Source: Myxococcales bacterium (GTDB lineage: Bacteria > Myxococcota_A > UBA9042). From it: a stretch of DNA of 64,000 nt. The first letter of the stretch is position 1. Every line of letters begins with the position of its first letter. Below, in pieces: positions 9,291 to 18,557 of the stretch. The notes below the pieces were generated by a model that worked only from the letters and a program-made list of their open reading frames with translations, was not told where the DNA came from and did no database searches. The translations under genes were made by a program, and so were the position numbers. The stretch is taken from the NCBI GenBank assembly GCA_023954815.1, contig JAGSHB010000005.1, forward strand, positions 11,727 through 75,726. The letters run 5' to 3'.

Positions 9291-10700
9291 ATGACGACGC
9301 AAGTTCGAATTCTACCTCTATGTCGTGCCGTCCTGTCGGTAGGAATCATTGCGCTATTTTGGCCCTGCGCCACGCAAGCCGGACCGTCGAATCCGCCACC
9401 TGCGACTGCGAAACCCCTGCCAAATAAAGGCGTTCGGCGGGCGGCGCCCAAGGCCGAAACCGATAGGGCAGGGCAAACGCCCCGATCAGCTGAGCGCGGC
9501 AGCGGCGTCGGTCCGAGTGGCAAGGGTCGTCGTTCCGGCGCTGCTGGCGTAGCGGAATGGCCGGCCAACGCGATCACAGTTCGCAGTCTCATCGTGCAAA
9601 AACGGCTGCCAGAGGCACTGCGGGTCGCCGAGACAGTCCTCAAACGCCACCCCAATGACCTTGAAGTGGCGATGCAACGCGCCAGGCTACTGTTCTGGTT
9701 GGGCAAGCCAAAAGTCGCCGAAAAAGCCGCGATTGCAGTGTACAAGCGCGAACGCCGCAACTTTGCGGCCCTGCGGCTCGTGGGCGATATTCGGCAGCAG
9801 CGCGGTGACAAGCGCGGTGCGATTCGCGCCTACCGGGAAGCCCAGCTCCGTGGCGATCCAGACGTCGTATTGGCCATCAGACTCATCTCCCTGTACCTGG
9901 ATATTCGTGAGTCCACCCTGGCGCTGGCTCAAGTCCGTCCTGGTATGGAATTGCCGTCGGAGTTGGCATTTCGCCTGTCCAAGGGGCGTTATCCCTGGCG
10001 CATTGAGGCCTGGGGCGGGATGACTGCCTTCAACGGTCAGCAGTGGCGCCGCGGCATGTTCACGACGGCCTATACGTGGTCACCCAAGCTGACGTTGCTC
10101 GGTGGCGCCACCGTCGAAGATCGCGGCAGCGGTCGTGTGGGCGTTCAGGCGGTTGCGCAGCTGTTTTTCTCTACCGACAAGGTCACCGGTGACGCTCGGA
10201 TCGCATGGTCACCGCAACCCGGCGGCTTCTTGCCCCCTGTCGACGCTTGGGCAGAGGCTGCCTACCAATTCAGCAACCGCTTTTCCGTTGGACTGTGGGG
10301 GCGCTACGCCAGCTATCAAGTCTCGTCGCTGTACACGATTGGCCCGTACGTACCTATCAATTTCGGCCGACTCACCGTCAAACCCGGCTACTTGTTGGTT
10401 GTTCGTGGCGCAACCGTCGCTGGTGACTTGGGCCAGGTCGGCCATACCGTCTTCTTGCGCACCCGCTGGGACCACAACATCCGGACCGCGTTTTTCGTCT
10501 GGCTCTACTATGGCCAAGAGGCCGTGTTCAACAATCGCACTGTCTACGGCGCCGACGAGTCCGGCCCGTCTGCTGTCGTCGGCTGGGACCAGTGGCTCGG
10601 TCAGCGTTTTGGCTTCCGCCTCATGGGCACCGCCTATCGGCCGATGGAGCTCAACGCGACGATGTGGGATCTCATCGCTGCTGTGAGGGTCCGCCTGTGA
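9291..10700 (+). CDS. Secreted TPR plus C-terminal beta-barrel-like outer-membrane protein (PgaA/NfrA/YaiO-like in architecture)
   Basis: ATG 9291 gives a signal-peptide-like N-terminus, MTTQVRILPLCRAVLSVGIIALFWPCATQAG. About 170 aa of TPR helices follow. Then comes about 270 aa of alternating aromatic/polar beta-strand-like sequence ending in an aromatic-rich C-terminus. The first 93 codons of the listed ORF overlap ribE and are not coding. Confidence 0.6.
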   Translation: MTTQVRILPLCRAVLSVGIIALFWPCATQAGPSNPPPATAKPLPNKGVRRAAPKAETDRAGQTPRSAERGSGVGPSGKGRRSGAAGVAEWPANAITVRSLIVQKRLPEALRVAETVLKRHPNDLEVAMQRARLLFWLGKPKVAEKAAIAVYKRERRNFAALRLVGDIRQQRGDKRGAIRAYREAQLRGDPDVVLAIRLISLYLDIRESTLALAQVRPGMELPSELAFRLSKGRYPWRIEAWGGMTAFNGQQWRRGMFTTAYTWSPKLTLLGGATVEDRGSGRVGVQAVAQLFFSTDKVTGDARIAWSPQPGGFLPPVDAWAEAAYQFSNRFSVGLWGRYASYQVSSLYTIGPYVPINFGRLTVKPGYLLVVRGATVAGDLGQVGHTVFLRTRWDHNIRTAFFVWLYYGQEAVFNNRTVYGADESGPSAVVGWDQWLGQRFGFRLMGTAYRPMELNATMWDLIAAVRVRL

Positions 10701-11755
10701 ACGTAGACCAGCTATCGCTGCCAGAGCTGATCGTTCTCGTGGTCGTCGCCGTTGAGGTCGTCATCGTCATCGGTGCGATCGTGGCGCTGCTCGTTGTCCG
10801 GCGCCGGGCGATTGGGCGAGAACGGCGCTACGAGCGTGCTCGCGCTGAGCTATCCGAGGTCATTCAGCAGTTCGGTGGTCCTGACGATGCTGGCGCCCGG
10901 CGCATCGCCTTCGGTGTCGTGGAGCGGATTGGTGTCGACAGTGCGCGGCGTCTATTGACCGAACTTGGCGAGTTTCTCACCGTTGACCTAGTCGAGCCGC
11001 TCTCCACGATCTACGTCGAGGCCGGGCTGGTGACCGCTACCGCACAGGGAGCCAAGCGGCGACCGTGGGAGCGCCTCCGTGTGATTCGTGAGGCCCGCGC
11101 GCTCAACGATCCGGCGGGATTGCTTGCCGACCTGATTCGAGATGACAGCGCCGACGTGCGGCTGGCCGCCTTTGAGGCGCTCTGTGCCCTGGGCCGCGCC
11201 GATGAAGCGCTCGTCGCCCTACGTAGCATCGCCGTCGAGGGGCGCCTCGCCCGGATGCGCGCAGTCGACGCATTGGCTGCGAGCGAGCCCTTTCCGCGGG
11301 AGCAGCTCATCAATCTGGCGACCTCGGAGTCGTCTGCAATTCGGCTGGTCACGGTCGGCGCGCTGGGTCGATCTGAGAACGCCGATGCGGGTGACGTGGT
11401 CATTGCGGCGATTACCGATGAAGACGTGGAAGTGCGGATCGAGGCGCTCAGGGCCGTCCGCGACATGGAAGATCGCAGCGCTGTCGCTGCGTGTATCGCT
11501 GCACTTCAAGATGAGTTTTGGGAAGTTCGTTCGGCCGCTGCCGGCACTGTCGCCGATCTCGGTGGCGACGGCGCAGCGGAGTATCTTGGTCCGCTACTCG
11601 ACGACCAAGCCGAGTGGGTTCGCCACAATACCTCCCTCGCGCTGCGCCGCTGCGGTGCTGCTGGGCTGGCGGTGTTGCGGGACGCAGCGGCTCGCGGCAA
11701 TGAGTCGGCGAGCTCAGCCCTGGCCGAGCATCGGCTGATCACGGAGGGCGCGTGA
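10697..11755 (+). CDS. Membrane-anchored HEAT-repeat (PBS-lyase-type) protein
   Basis: GTG 10697 overlaps the upstream TGA (GTGA). There is an N-terminal TM helix LIVLVVVAVEVVIVIGAIVALLVV. At least six HEAT-like repeats follow (VRLAAFEALCALG, IRLVTVGALG, VRIEALRAV, VRSAAAGTVADLG, VRHNTSLALRR). Confidence 0.6.
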   Translation: MNVDQLSLPELIVLVVVAVEVVIVIGAIVALLVVRRRAIGRERRYERARAELSEVIQQFGGPDDAGARRIAFGVVERIGVDSARRLLTELGEFLTVDLVEPLSTIYVEAGLVTATAQGAKRRPWERLRVIREARALNDPAGLLADLIRDDSADVRLAAFEALCALGRADEALVALRSIAVEGRLARMRAVDALAASEPFPREQLINLATSESSAIRLVTVGALGRSENADAGDVVIAAITDEDVEVRIEALRAVRDMEDRSAVAACIAALQDEFWEVRSAAAGTVADLGGDGAAEYLGPLLDDQAEWVRHNTSLALRRCGAAGLAVLRDAAARGNESASSALAEHRLITEGA

Positions 11756-14244
11756 CCGGCTTTTTGAACATCGCCGTCCTCGTCTACTTCGTGGCCCTCA
11801 CGGCGGGCTACATCGCGCAATTTGTCGCTGCGGTATTCGGCGTCGTCCGCGTCCGTCGCGATCTGGAGGGGTCCTCTCCAGAAAACGTGAGCTTGCGCGG
11901 TCGCGCGACCTTGCCGATCAGCATCATGGTGCCAGCGCACAACGAGGAATTGACCGTCGTCGAGTCCGTCCGCGCCCTGCTGAACCTGCGCTACCCCGAG
12001 CACGAGGTTGTGGTCGTCAACGACGGCTCGAAAGACGAGACCCTGCTCCGCCTGCGCACAGCCTTTGCCCTTGAGCCGGTTCCACTCGATATCCGCCACG
12101 ATCTGTCCACAAAGCCGATTCGCGCGGTGTATCGGTCGGCGATTAACCAGCGCCTGCTGGTGATCGACAAGGAAAATGGCGGCAAGGCGGACGCGCTCAA
12201 TTGCGCCGTGAACGCAGCCCGCTTTCCGTTGGTGTGCGCAGTCGACGCGGATACCCTCATCATTCCCGATGCCCTGCTGCGCTTGGTTCGGCCCTTCCTC
12301 AGCGATTTGGAGACGGTCGGTGTGGGCGGCACGCTTTGCCTTGCGAATGGCTGCAAGATCGAAAAGGGCAACGTCATCGAGGTTGGGCTGCCCCGTCGTT
12401 GGCTGCCGCGCTTTCAGGTCGTCGAGTACATGCGCGCCTTCCTCGTCGGTCGTCTGGGCTGGGATGGTCTCGGCGGAAATCTCATCATCTCGGGGGCCTT
12501 CGGCCTCTTTCGCCGGAGCGCGGTGATTCAGGCTGGCGGCTACGCGACGGATTCCGTCGGCGAGGACATGGAGCTTATCGCTCGTCTGCGCCACAACGTC
12601 CCACGCTGGTTGCAGGCGCGGGCGATTCGGCACCTGCCCGATCCCGTCAGCTTCACCGAGGCGCCGGACTCCATTCGCATCCTCGGCAATCAGCGCGATC
12701 GCTGGCAGCGCGGTCTCTTCGACACGCTGTGGCGACACCGTCGGATGACTCTGAACCCCCGGTACGGGGCGATCGGCTTGTTCGCCATGCCATTTTTCTG
12801 GCTCTTTGAGCTGGTTGGTCCGGTCATCGAGTTCTTTGGCTACCTCTACTTCTTCATCACGGCTGTCGCCGGTGAACTCGAGCCGCTATTCGCCTCCCTA
12901 TTCGCCATCGTCGCCATGCTGAGCGGCTTTGGTTTGAGCATCGGCGCGATCTTACTCGAGGAGCTGTCGCTCTCGTTTTTCCGCGCGCCCGGTGACATGC
13001 GTCGGCTGGTGACCGTGGCGCTGCTCGAGAACTTTGGTTATCGGCAGATGCTGCTTTTTTACCGAATTCGCGGCATGTTCAAGTATCTGACGGGCGGTCA
13101 TGGCTGGGGTCGAATGACCCGCAAGGGCTTCGCCGTCGACTACACACGCAATCAAGGTGGTGGCGGCATCTTCGTGCCGGCTATCGTGATTACCCTCGTC
13201 ACGATCATGCTCGCGCTGCCGATCTCGTGGCTGGTCAAGCCGCGGGACAACACGCAGGTTGTTGTCGTCGACAAAACCGTGCCGTTGGCCAGTTTTCGTG
13301 AGCACCATCGCCTGATGTGGATGCTGTCGCAGCACAAAGTTCCTGCGCCCGGCAATCGCTTGTTGTGGAATCGCGAACGTGACTACATCGGCTACGATCC
13401 CCGCTCAGGCGATCACACGGACTTGTCCGACCTGCACCTTAAGGGCAAAGACCTGCTGTACATCGCGGATACCTACGGCGTGTACAAAGACGATTACGAG
13501 GCGGCTAGGCTCAACCTGGAGCATCTCGAGCGGTCAAAGCGGATCTACGGCGGTCTGACGATGCCAGAGGTCCAGGCGATCGAGCGCTTTGCTAAGGCGG
13601 GTGGTCGTGTCGCGGCTGAGTTCAACTCCTTCGCGAGTCCGACATCCGGAGCCGTGCGTCGCCGCATGGAGAAGGTGCTGCGCCTGAAGTGGACCGGTTG
13701 GGTCGCACGCAAAGCCAACGAGCTGTCGGACTATCGCGAGATCGCTGATTGGATCCGCAAGCGGTGGGAAAAAGAGTTCGGCAAGGTCTGGGATCTTGAG
13801 GGGCCCGGCGTCATCTTTGTCCATGAAGACGGTCGTGTGCTGGTGCTGCGTGTCGGCCCGGAGCTCAGTGGTCCCGATGTGGTCGTCGTCCGTGGCGAGC
13901 GTAAGATCCCATACCACTACTGGTTCGACATCGTCGTGCCGAGCGATCCCAAGACCGTGCGAGCGACGTATCAGGTGCCGCTGACGCCAGCTGGCGGTGA
14001 GTTGATGCGGGCGTTTGGCATCCCGAGTCAATTTCCAGCGGTCCTCCATGACGACAACTTTGAACGGGCCTATTTTGCGGGTGATTTTTCCGACTTCGGT
14101 GGCATCTTTGACCCGCCCTGGCTCGCTGGCATCACGACGATTCGGATGTGGTTGAGTCGCGTCGGTCTGGTCACGCCCGAAGCACAACTCACTTGGGAAG
14201 TGTACGCACCGATTGTTGAGCAGATGCTCGAGGCGGACGGGTGA
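11752..14244 (+). CDS. Family-2 glycosyltransferase, processive polysaccharide synthase (PgaC/IcaA/NfrB-like), fused to a roughly 340-aa C-terminal domain of unknown function
   Basis: There are two N-terminal TMs. The GT-A core shows VPAHNEE, VVNDGS, DAD and GED-like VGED. The Q-x-x-R-W motif QRDRWQRG is present. Three to four TMs follow, then an extra TM and about 340 aa with no recognisable motif. The GTG start overlaps the upstream stop (GTGA). Confidence 0.75.
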   Translation: MTGFLNIAVLVYFVALTAGYIAQFVAAVFGVVRVRRDLEGSSPENVSLRGRATLPISIMVPAHNEELTVVESVRALLNLRYPEHEVVVVNDGSKDETLLRLRTAFALEPVPLDIRHDLSTKPIRAVYRSAINQRLLVIDKENGGKADALNCAVNAARFPLVCAVDADTLIIPDALLRLVRPFLSDLETVGVGGTLCLANGCKIEKGNVIEVGLPRRWLPRFQVVEYMRAFLVGRLGWDGLGGNLIISGAFGLFRRSAVIQAGGYATDSVGEDMELIARLRHNVPRWLQARAIRHLPDPVSFTEAPDSIRILGNQRDRWQRGLFDTLWRHRRMTLNPRYGAIGLFAMPFFWLFELVGPVIEFFGYLYFFITAVAGELEPLFASLFAIVAMLSGFGLSIGAILLEELSLSFFRAPGDMRRLVTVALLENFGYRQMLLFYRIRGMFKYLTGGHGWGRMTRKGFAVDYTRNQGGGGIFVPAIVITLVTIMLALPISWLVKPRDNTQVVVVDKTVPLASFREHHRLMWMLSQHKVPAPGNRLLWNRERDYIGYDPRSGDHTDLSDLHLKGKDLLYIADTYGVYKDDYEAARLNLEHLERSKRIYGGLTMPEVQAIERFAKAGGRVAAEFNSFASPTSGAVRRRMEKVLRLKWTGWVARKANELSDYREIADWIRKRWEKEFGKVWDLEGPGVIFVHEDGRVLVLRVGPELSGPDVVVVRGERKIPYHYWFDIVVPSDPKTVRATYQVPLTPAGGELMRAFGIPSQFPAVLHDDNFERAYFAGDFSDFGGIFDPPWLAGITTIRMWLSRVGLVTPEAQLTWEVYAPIVEQMLEADG

Positions 14245-15527
14245 AAGGCGCGCGGCTTCTGAGCCTGGTTCATGTCCTGTTAGTGCTCTCGTTGGCGCTG
14301 CTGACGGCCTGCTCAGGTGCTGTGGTGCCGAGGCCGACCACAGGGCCCTGCGCCAAGCCGGACGTGTCGCATTGGGCTTCTCTCGCGAGTCAATCACTGC
14401 GCGTCGAACGATTCATCGCCCGTCCCCTGTACGACCTGAACGGCAAGGGTGGTGCGACTTCGCTGCCTACAGTTCGCTGCGATGATTGCATGGCGGTGAT
14501 CAGCTACCCGATGCCGCTGCGTCATGCGGGAGGCCCGAAGGGGTTTGACAGGCTCAAAAAGCGTAGTTTTACCTATGACAACGCGCTCGTTGCGCTGGTT
14601 CGGCTCGCCGAAGGTCGCCCACAACAGGCCCGCCAAATCTTGTCCACCCTGGCAGCGCTACAGCGGCCGGATGGCGCCTGGGGCTTTTCTTTCAATGTCA
14701 GCGGCGATGGCTTCTACAACGCTGGCTACGTACGAACCGGGGTCGTGGCGTGGGTGCTGTACGCCATGGCGCGCTACACCGAAATCAAAGGGGATCGCCG
14801 CTTCATTCCGTCCATGCGCCGCGCGAGCCAGTGGATGAAGGGGCGCATCGATCGCAAAAACGCGCTTGTTCGCGGTGGGTTCGGACGCTGGCTCAACGGC
14901 GGGGCGACCTACGAGCCGACCCACGTGGCCTCCTGGGCGAGCACCGAGCACAACGTCGACGCGTGGTTCGCCGTTCGGCTCGCCGCCCACGTCGATCCCA
15001 GCGGTAGCTACATCAATCCGGCCGCGCTCGGGCGCTCGATCGCCAAACGCCTGTGGCTCCCCAAAGAGGGCCGCTATGCCCGTGGCATCAACGGAGACAC
15101 GCCGGATACCGTCATCGCTCTGGATGCCGCCGGGACGTGGTCGGCGTTGCAAGCGCTCGCTGCGATGCAGATTCCAAGAGCGCAACGCGCCATCGCTTTT
15201 GTCGATGCAGAGCTCGGTTTTGAAGAGGGTGGCTGGCACGCGCATAGGCCGGACAACGAAGTACCGAAGCGCCTGTGGTTCGTCGAGGCGTCCGTGGCCA
15301 GATCCATGGTGCTCAACCGACTCGGCCGCAAGGCAGAGGCCCGCAAAGGGATGTCACAACTCGCGTCGTGGGCCTGTGTTCGCGGGGTTCCGCTGGCCTA
15401 CAGCAGTCATTGGCATCAAGATTTCCCCCTGACACCGGCAGCCGCTCCGACGGCGTGGTTTGTACTCGCTGCCCATGAAGTGTGGCAGCGGAAGGCGCCG
15501 TTCTTGTGGCGCCAGACCTTGCCCTGA
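14241..15527 (+). CDS. Periplasmic lipoprotein, possible (alpha/alpha)-toroid glycoside-hydrolase-like
   Basis: The GTG overlaps the synthase stop (GTGA). The lipobox LALLTAC is present. PDGAWGF and repeated W/Y-rich helices suggest a six-hairpin fold. There are no CE4 deacetylase motifs. Confidence 0.5.
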   Translation: MKGARLLSLVHVLLVLSLALLTACSGAVVPRPTTGPCAKPDVSHWASLASQSLRVERFIARPLYDLNGKGGATSLPTVRCDDCMAVISYPMPLRHAGGPKGFDRLKKRSFTYDNALVALVRLAEGRPQQARQILSTLAALQRPDGAWGFSFNVSGDGFYNAGYVRTGVVAWVLYAMARYTEIKGDRRFIPSMRRASQWMKGRIDRKNALVRGGFGRWLNGGATYEPTHVASWASTEHNVDAWFAVRLAAHVDPSGSYINPAALGRSIAKRLWLPKEGRYARGINGDTPDTVIALDAAGTWSALQALAAMQIPRAQRAIAFVDAELGFEEGGWHAHRPDNEVPKRLWFVEASVARSMVLNRLGRKAEARKGMSQLASWACVRGVPLAYSSHWHQDFPLTPAAAPTAWFVLAAHEVWQRKAPFLWRQTLP

Positions 15528-15579
15528 GCGTCGCTGTTTTCCTGCACCCGCGCAGCTTCCCTTTGACCCCTGACGCGCC

Positions 15580-16509
15580 ATGGGCATACTCCGCTTGATG
15601 AGACGTCTCGACCTCCCATTTTGCATAGCTCTGATGACCTTCGGTTCCCTTGGGTGTGGCTCCGATGAGCCTGCTGATGTGGCTTTGGCAAAGAGTGTCG
15701 CAGCGGCTCTCGCCGACCCAAGCGCGCTACCCACCATGGCTACTGAGACGGCCTCTGCGACCACCGCTGGGCTAGCAGCGAACGCGCCTGTCGCACCAGC
15801 GCGAGCCGGTGCAGCCGCAGCTCCGAATTCAGATGGTGGCGCCGTGGATGCGGGTCCCGCGGACACATCCTCGGACGCTGGCGGCACATCCGTCACAGAT
15901 GCTGGCACACTGGTCGCTGACGCAGGGTCATCGGCATCGGAAAAAAGAGCTAAACAGCCGGGGCCGACGCCTGTGGCCAAAGCGGTCGCACCCACCCCCA
16001 AAGTCGTTAAAAATCCTGAATTTGCAGCTAAAAAGCCAGCGACTCGCAAGCCGCGTAGTCGACAGAAACCCGTGCGTAAGGTGCCCCGCCAGCGTCGTCG
16101 GCCGCGCGCTGCCCGGGTTGTGGCGCCGCCCAAAACGAGCCCCGCGAGCGATGTGCCGCTGCCACCGGGCAAGGACGCGACGGACCTGTACTACGACGGC
16201 AAGCGCTCGCTCCAGGCCCGGCAGTACGGTGCTGCTATTGCGTCGTTGCGCGCATCGCAGCAGCTTCGCTCCAGTGCGCGCACCCTGACACTCTTGGGTC
16301 GCGCCTATTTCGATGCCAATCGCCTCAAGGACGCGGAACGTGCCCTGCGCAAAGCTGGTAGTCGCGCGGATGCCTTGATCTTGTTGGCGACATTGTACCA
16401 ACAGCAGGGTCGCAGTGCGCGGGCTCGTCGGACGTACAAGGCCCTGCTGACCCATCATCCGAATCATCCACGTGCGGACTTCGCTCGCCGCATGCTCAAA
16501 ACGCTCTAG
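15580..16509 (+). CDS. Lipoprotein with Ala/Pro-rich linker, Lys/Arg-rich segment and C-terminal TPR
   Basis: Signal peptide plus LGCGS lipobox. The linker is low complexity. The C-terminal TPR reads LLGRAYFDANRLKDAERALRKAG...LLATLYQQQGRSARARRTYKALL. Confidence 0.5.
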   Translation: MGILRLMRRLDLPFCIALMTFGSLGCGSDEPADVALAKSVAAALADPSALPTMATETASATTAGLAANAPVAPARAGAAAAPNSDGGAVDAGPADTSSDAGGTSVTDAGTLVADAGSSASEKRAKQPGPTPVAKAVAPTPKVVKNPEFAAKKPATRKPRSRQKPVRKVPRQRRRPRAARVVAPPKTSPASDVPLPPGKDATDLYYDGKRSLQARQYGAAIASLRASQQLRSSARTLTLLGRAYFDANRLKDAERALRKAGSRADALILLATLYQQQGRSARARRTYKALLTHHPNHPRADFARRMLKTL

Positions 16510-16579
16510 CTGCGTGGTGCGTACTTTTACGACGGTTGCGGCACGCTCCCAGCTAGACCACGCGCAACGAGGACGAACC

Positions 16580-17221
16580 ATGACCAAGCTCTCAATTTTG
16601 GTGTGCCTCCTGGCGCTGTCCGTCGGCTGTTCACGGACGCCCAAAGCGCATAACGCCGGATCGCTGCCGCCTGTGCCGCCTCCAGCTGCGTCGCCTGCTG
16701 GCGTTCCAGAGTCCGCCCCCAACCCGATTGCGAAGGGCGGCGCTGTGATGGCTCAGCGGAGTGAGTTCGTCGCGACGGGCAAGCCTGCCGCCCCGTGCCG
16801 GGATTGTGGGAAGACCGACGGAGGCTCGACGGTCCCGTATCACGGCAAGCCCCAGATGAAGCTCGACAAAAAGACCCTCGCCGACGTTCAGCGGACGGTC
16901 GATGCGACCTGCGCACTGCTGGAGTCAGGTGTCGAGATCCTCGAGCGTAACGTGAAGACACCCGACAAAGCGGCCACGGAACTCAAGGGCTACCAGGACA
17001 AGAACAAGCAGAAGATCACCGACGTATTTCACCGGGCCGATGAGGTTCGCAGTCGCCTGCGTGTGGCTGGCTACGATCAAGATATTCCTGCTGAGATTCG
17101 CCCCGCGTTCAACAAACGGATGGGCGGGATTCAAAAGCGGCTTGAGAAGATGCGGACCGTCTACGCGCAACACCCTGACGTGCTTGAGGCATTTGGCGCG
17201 CTCTTTCCCCGCCGGCATTGA
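16580..17221 (+). CDS. Hypothetical lipoprotein
   Basis: ATG 16580 gives MTKLSILVCLLALSVGCS, a signal peptide plus lipobox. There is no domain match. Confidence 0.45.
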   Translation: MTKLSILVCLLALSVGCSRTPKAHNAGSLPPVPPPAASPAGVPESAPNPIAKGGAVMAQRSEFVATGKPAAPCRDCGKTDGGSTVPYHGKPQMKLDKKTLADVQRTVDATCALLESGVEILERNVKTPDKAATELKGYQDKNKQKITDVFHRADEVRSRLRVAGYDQDIPAEIRPAFNKRMGGIQKRLEKMRTVYAQHPDVLEAFGALFPRRH

Positions 17222-17224
17222 CCG

Positions 17225-18508
17225 TTGCCCAGCCCCGAAGAGCGACAACAACGAGAGGCGCGGCGCCTTCAGCGGGCCATTTTTCGCGTGCGTCTCAGTC
17301 AGGCGCTCCGCCGTCGCCCTGTATTCGTTTGGCTGATCGCCGCGCTGCTGGCGGGCGTTGGCGCCCTCATGGCGGGTGGCGAATCCCTGGGGCTGCAAGA
17401 GCTATCTGACAAACTATTGCTACACGGCGCGTTGATTCCTGCGCGAGTGCATCAGGGCGATTGGTGGCGCCTGCTGTCCGGCACGATGATTCATCGCAGC
17501 TGGCAGCACCTTGCGATCAACCTCGTGGGTCTGGTCTTGATCGGGCGCCATACCGAGGCGGCCTACGGTCGGAGCGGGTTCCTGTGCCTGTATCTCGGCG
17601 CCTGTCTCTCCGGCGCGGTGGGGACAATGATTGCCGGTCACACGGCTTCCGTTGGCGCTTCCGGCGCGGTTTTTGGCCTGATTGGCGGCTTTATCACCGT
17701 CGGTGTTCGGCTCTGGGCGCAGCTCTCACCGCAGCTGCGTCGGGCGTTGGTCGGAATTCCGGTGGTGATTGTGGCGGCGCTGTTGGCTCTGAGTTTCCTC
17801 GGCGAGGTGGGCGAATCTTCGACCGATGTCGCAGCCCACATCGGGGGCTTTCTGGGTGGGTTGGCCATTGCATTCGCGCTGCCCATCGCCCTCAAGGACG
17901 CAGAGCTCCGCCCCCTGGCAGCCCTCCACTCAACGCACCCGCAACGTGCTGCATGGCTCGTCGCCACCGTGTTGTCGGTGTTCGCGATTTTATCGATTCG
18001 CGAGGTTGCCGTTCGCGCCCATGCCGCGCCGGCGCTCGATGTCGTGCCAGTGCGCAGCTCGCGTTTGGAGGGCGTCGCGCTGCCTGATCACTTACCTTCC
18101 GGCGTTTGGCGAAAGGGGCGCTGCGATGGCGTGCAGGTTGATCCGATCTGGACGCTATCGACCCGGCGCGTCGCGTGCTTTTCATTGCCGCTGGCCGGGT
18201 CGCTGCTCATCGGTCGCCCGGCGCAACTGCTGACGCTCGATAGAGGGGACCGCGTGGCGATGGCCCGTGCGTGGCGCGAGCACCGCTTTGTTTGGCGGCA
18301 ACCCAACGTGCTTCTCGCGCCGGCCGGCCGCGACCTGCTCTATGTCGTTCACGGGCACCATGCCATGCTCGCCGCCTACGCCGAGGCGCTCGGCGGCGTG
18401 CTACCGACCATACGACCCACAGGCTCTCATTGGGAGCACGCGCTGTCCCTGCCAGCAGTCGCGACCCGCCTCGATGACAGCCCCGACGCCGGGCCCGTCA
18501 CCCCATGA
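17225..18508 (+). CDS. Rhomboid-family intramembrane serine protease with a roughly 200-aa C-terminal extension
   Basis: Six TMs are present, with GASGAVFGL (catalytic Ser) and AAHIGGFLGG (catalytic His). An extra C-terminal soluble domain of unknown function follows. Confidence 0.7.
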   Translation: MPSPEERQQREARRLQRAIFRVRLSQALRRRPVFVWLIAALLAGVGALMAGGESLGLQELSDKLLLHGALIPARVHQGDWWRLLSGTMIHRSWQHLAINLVGLVLIGRHTEAAYGRSGFLCLYLGACLSGAVGTMIAGHTASVGASGAVFGLIGGFITVGVRLWAQLSPQLRRALVGIPVVIVAALLALSFLGEVGESSTDVAAHIGGFLGGLAIAFALPIALKDAELRPLAALHSTHPQRAAWLVATVLSVFAILSIREVAVRAHAAPALDVVPVRSSRLEGVALPDHLPSGVWRKGRCDGVQVDPIWTLSTRRVACFSLPLAGSLLIGRPAQLLTLDRGDRVAMARAWREHRFVWRQPNVLLAPAGRDLLYVVHGHHAMLAAYAEALGGVLPTIRPTGSHWEHALSLPAVATRLDDSPDAGPVTP

Positions 18509-18557
18509 TTGGAAAACCGCGCGACAATGCGCTACAGCCAGTGCGACGGTGCGACAG

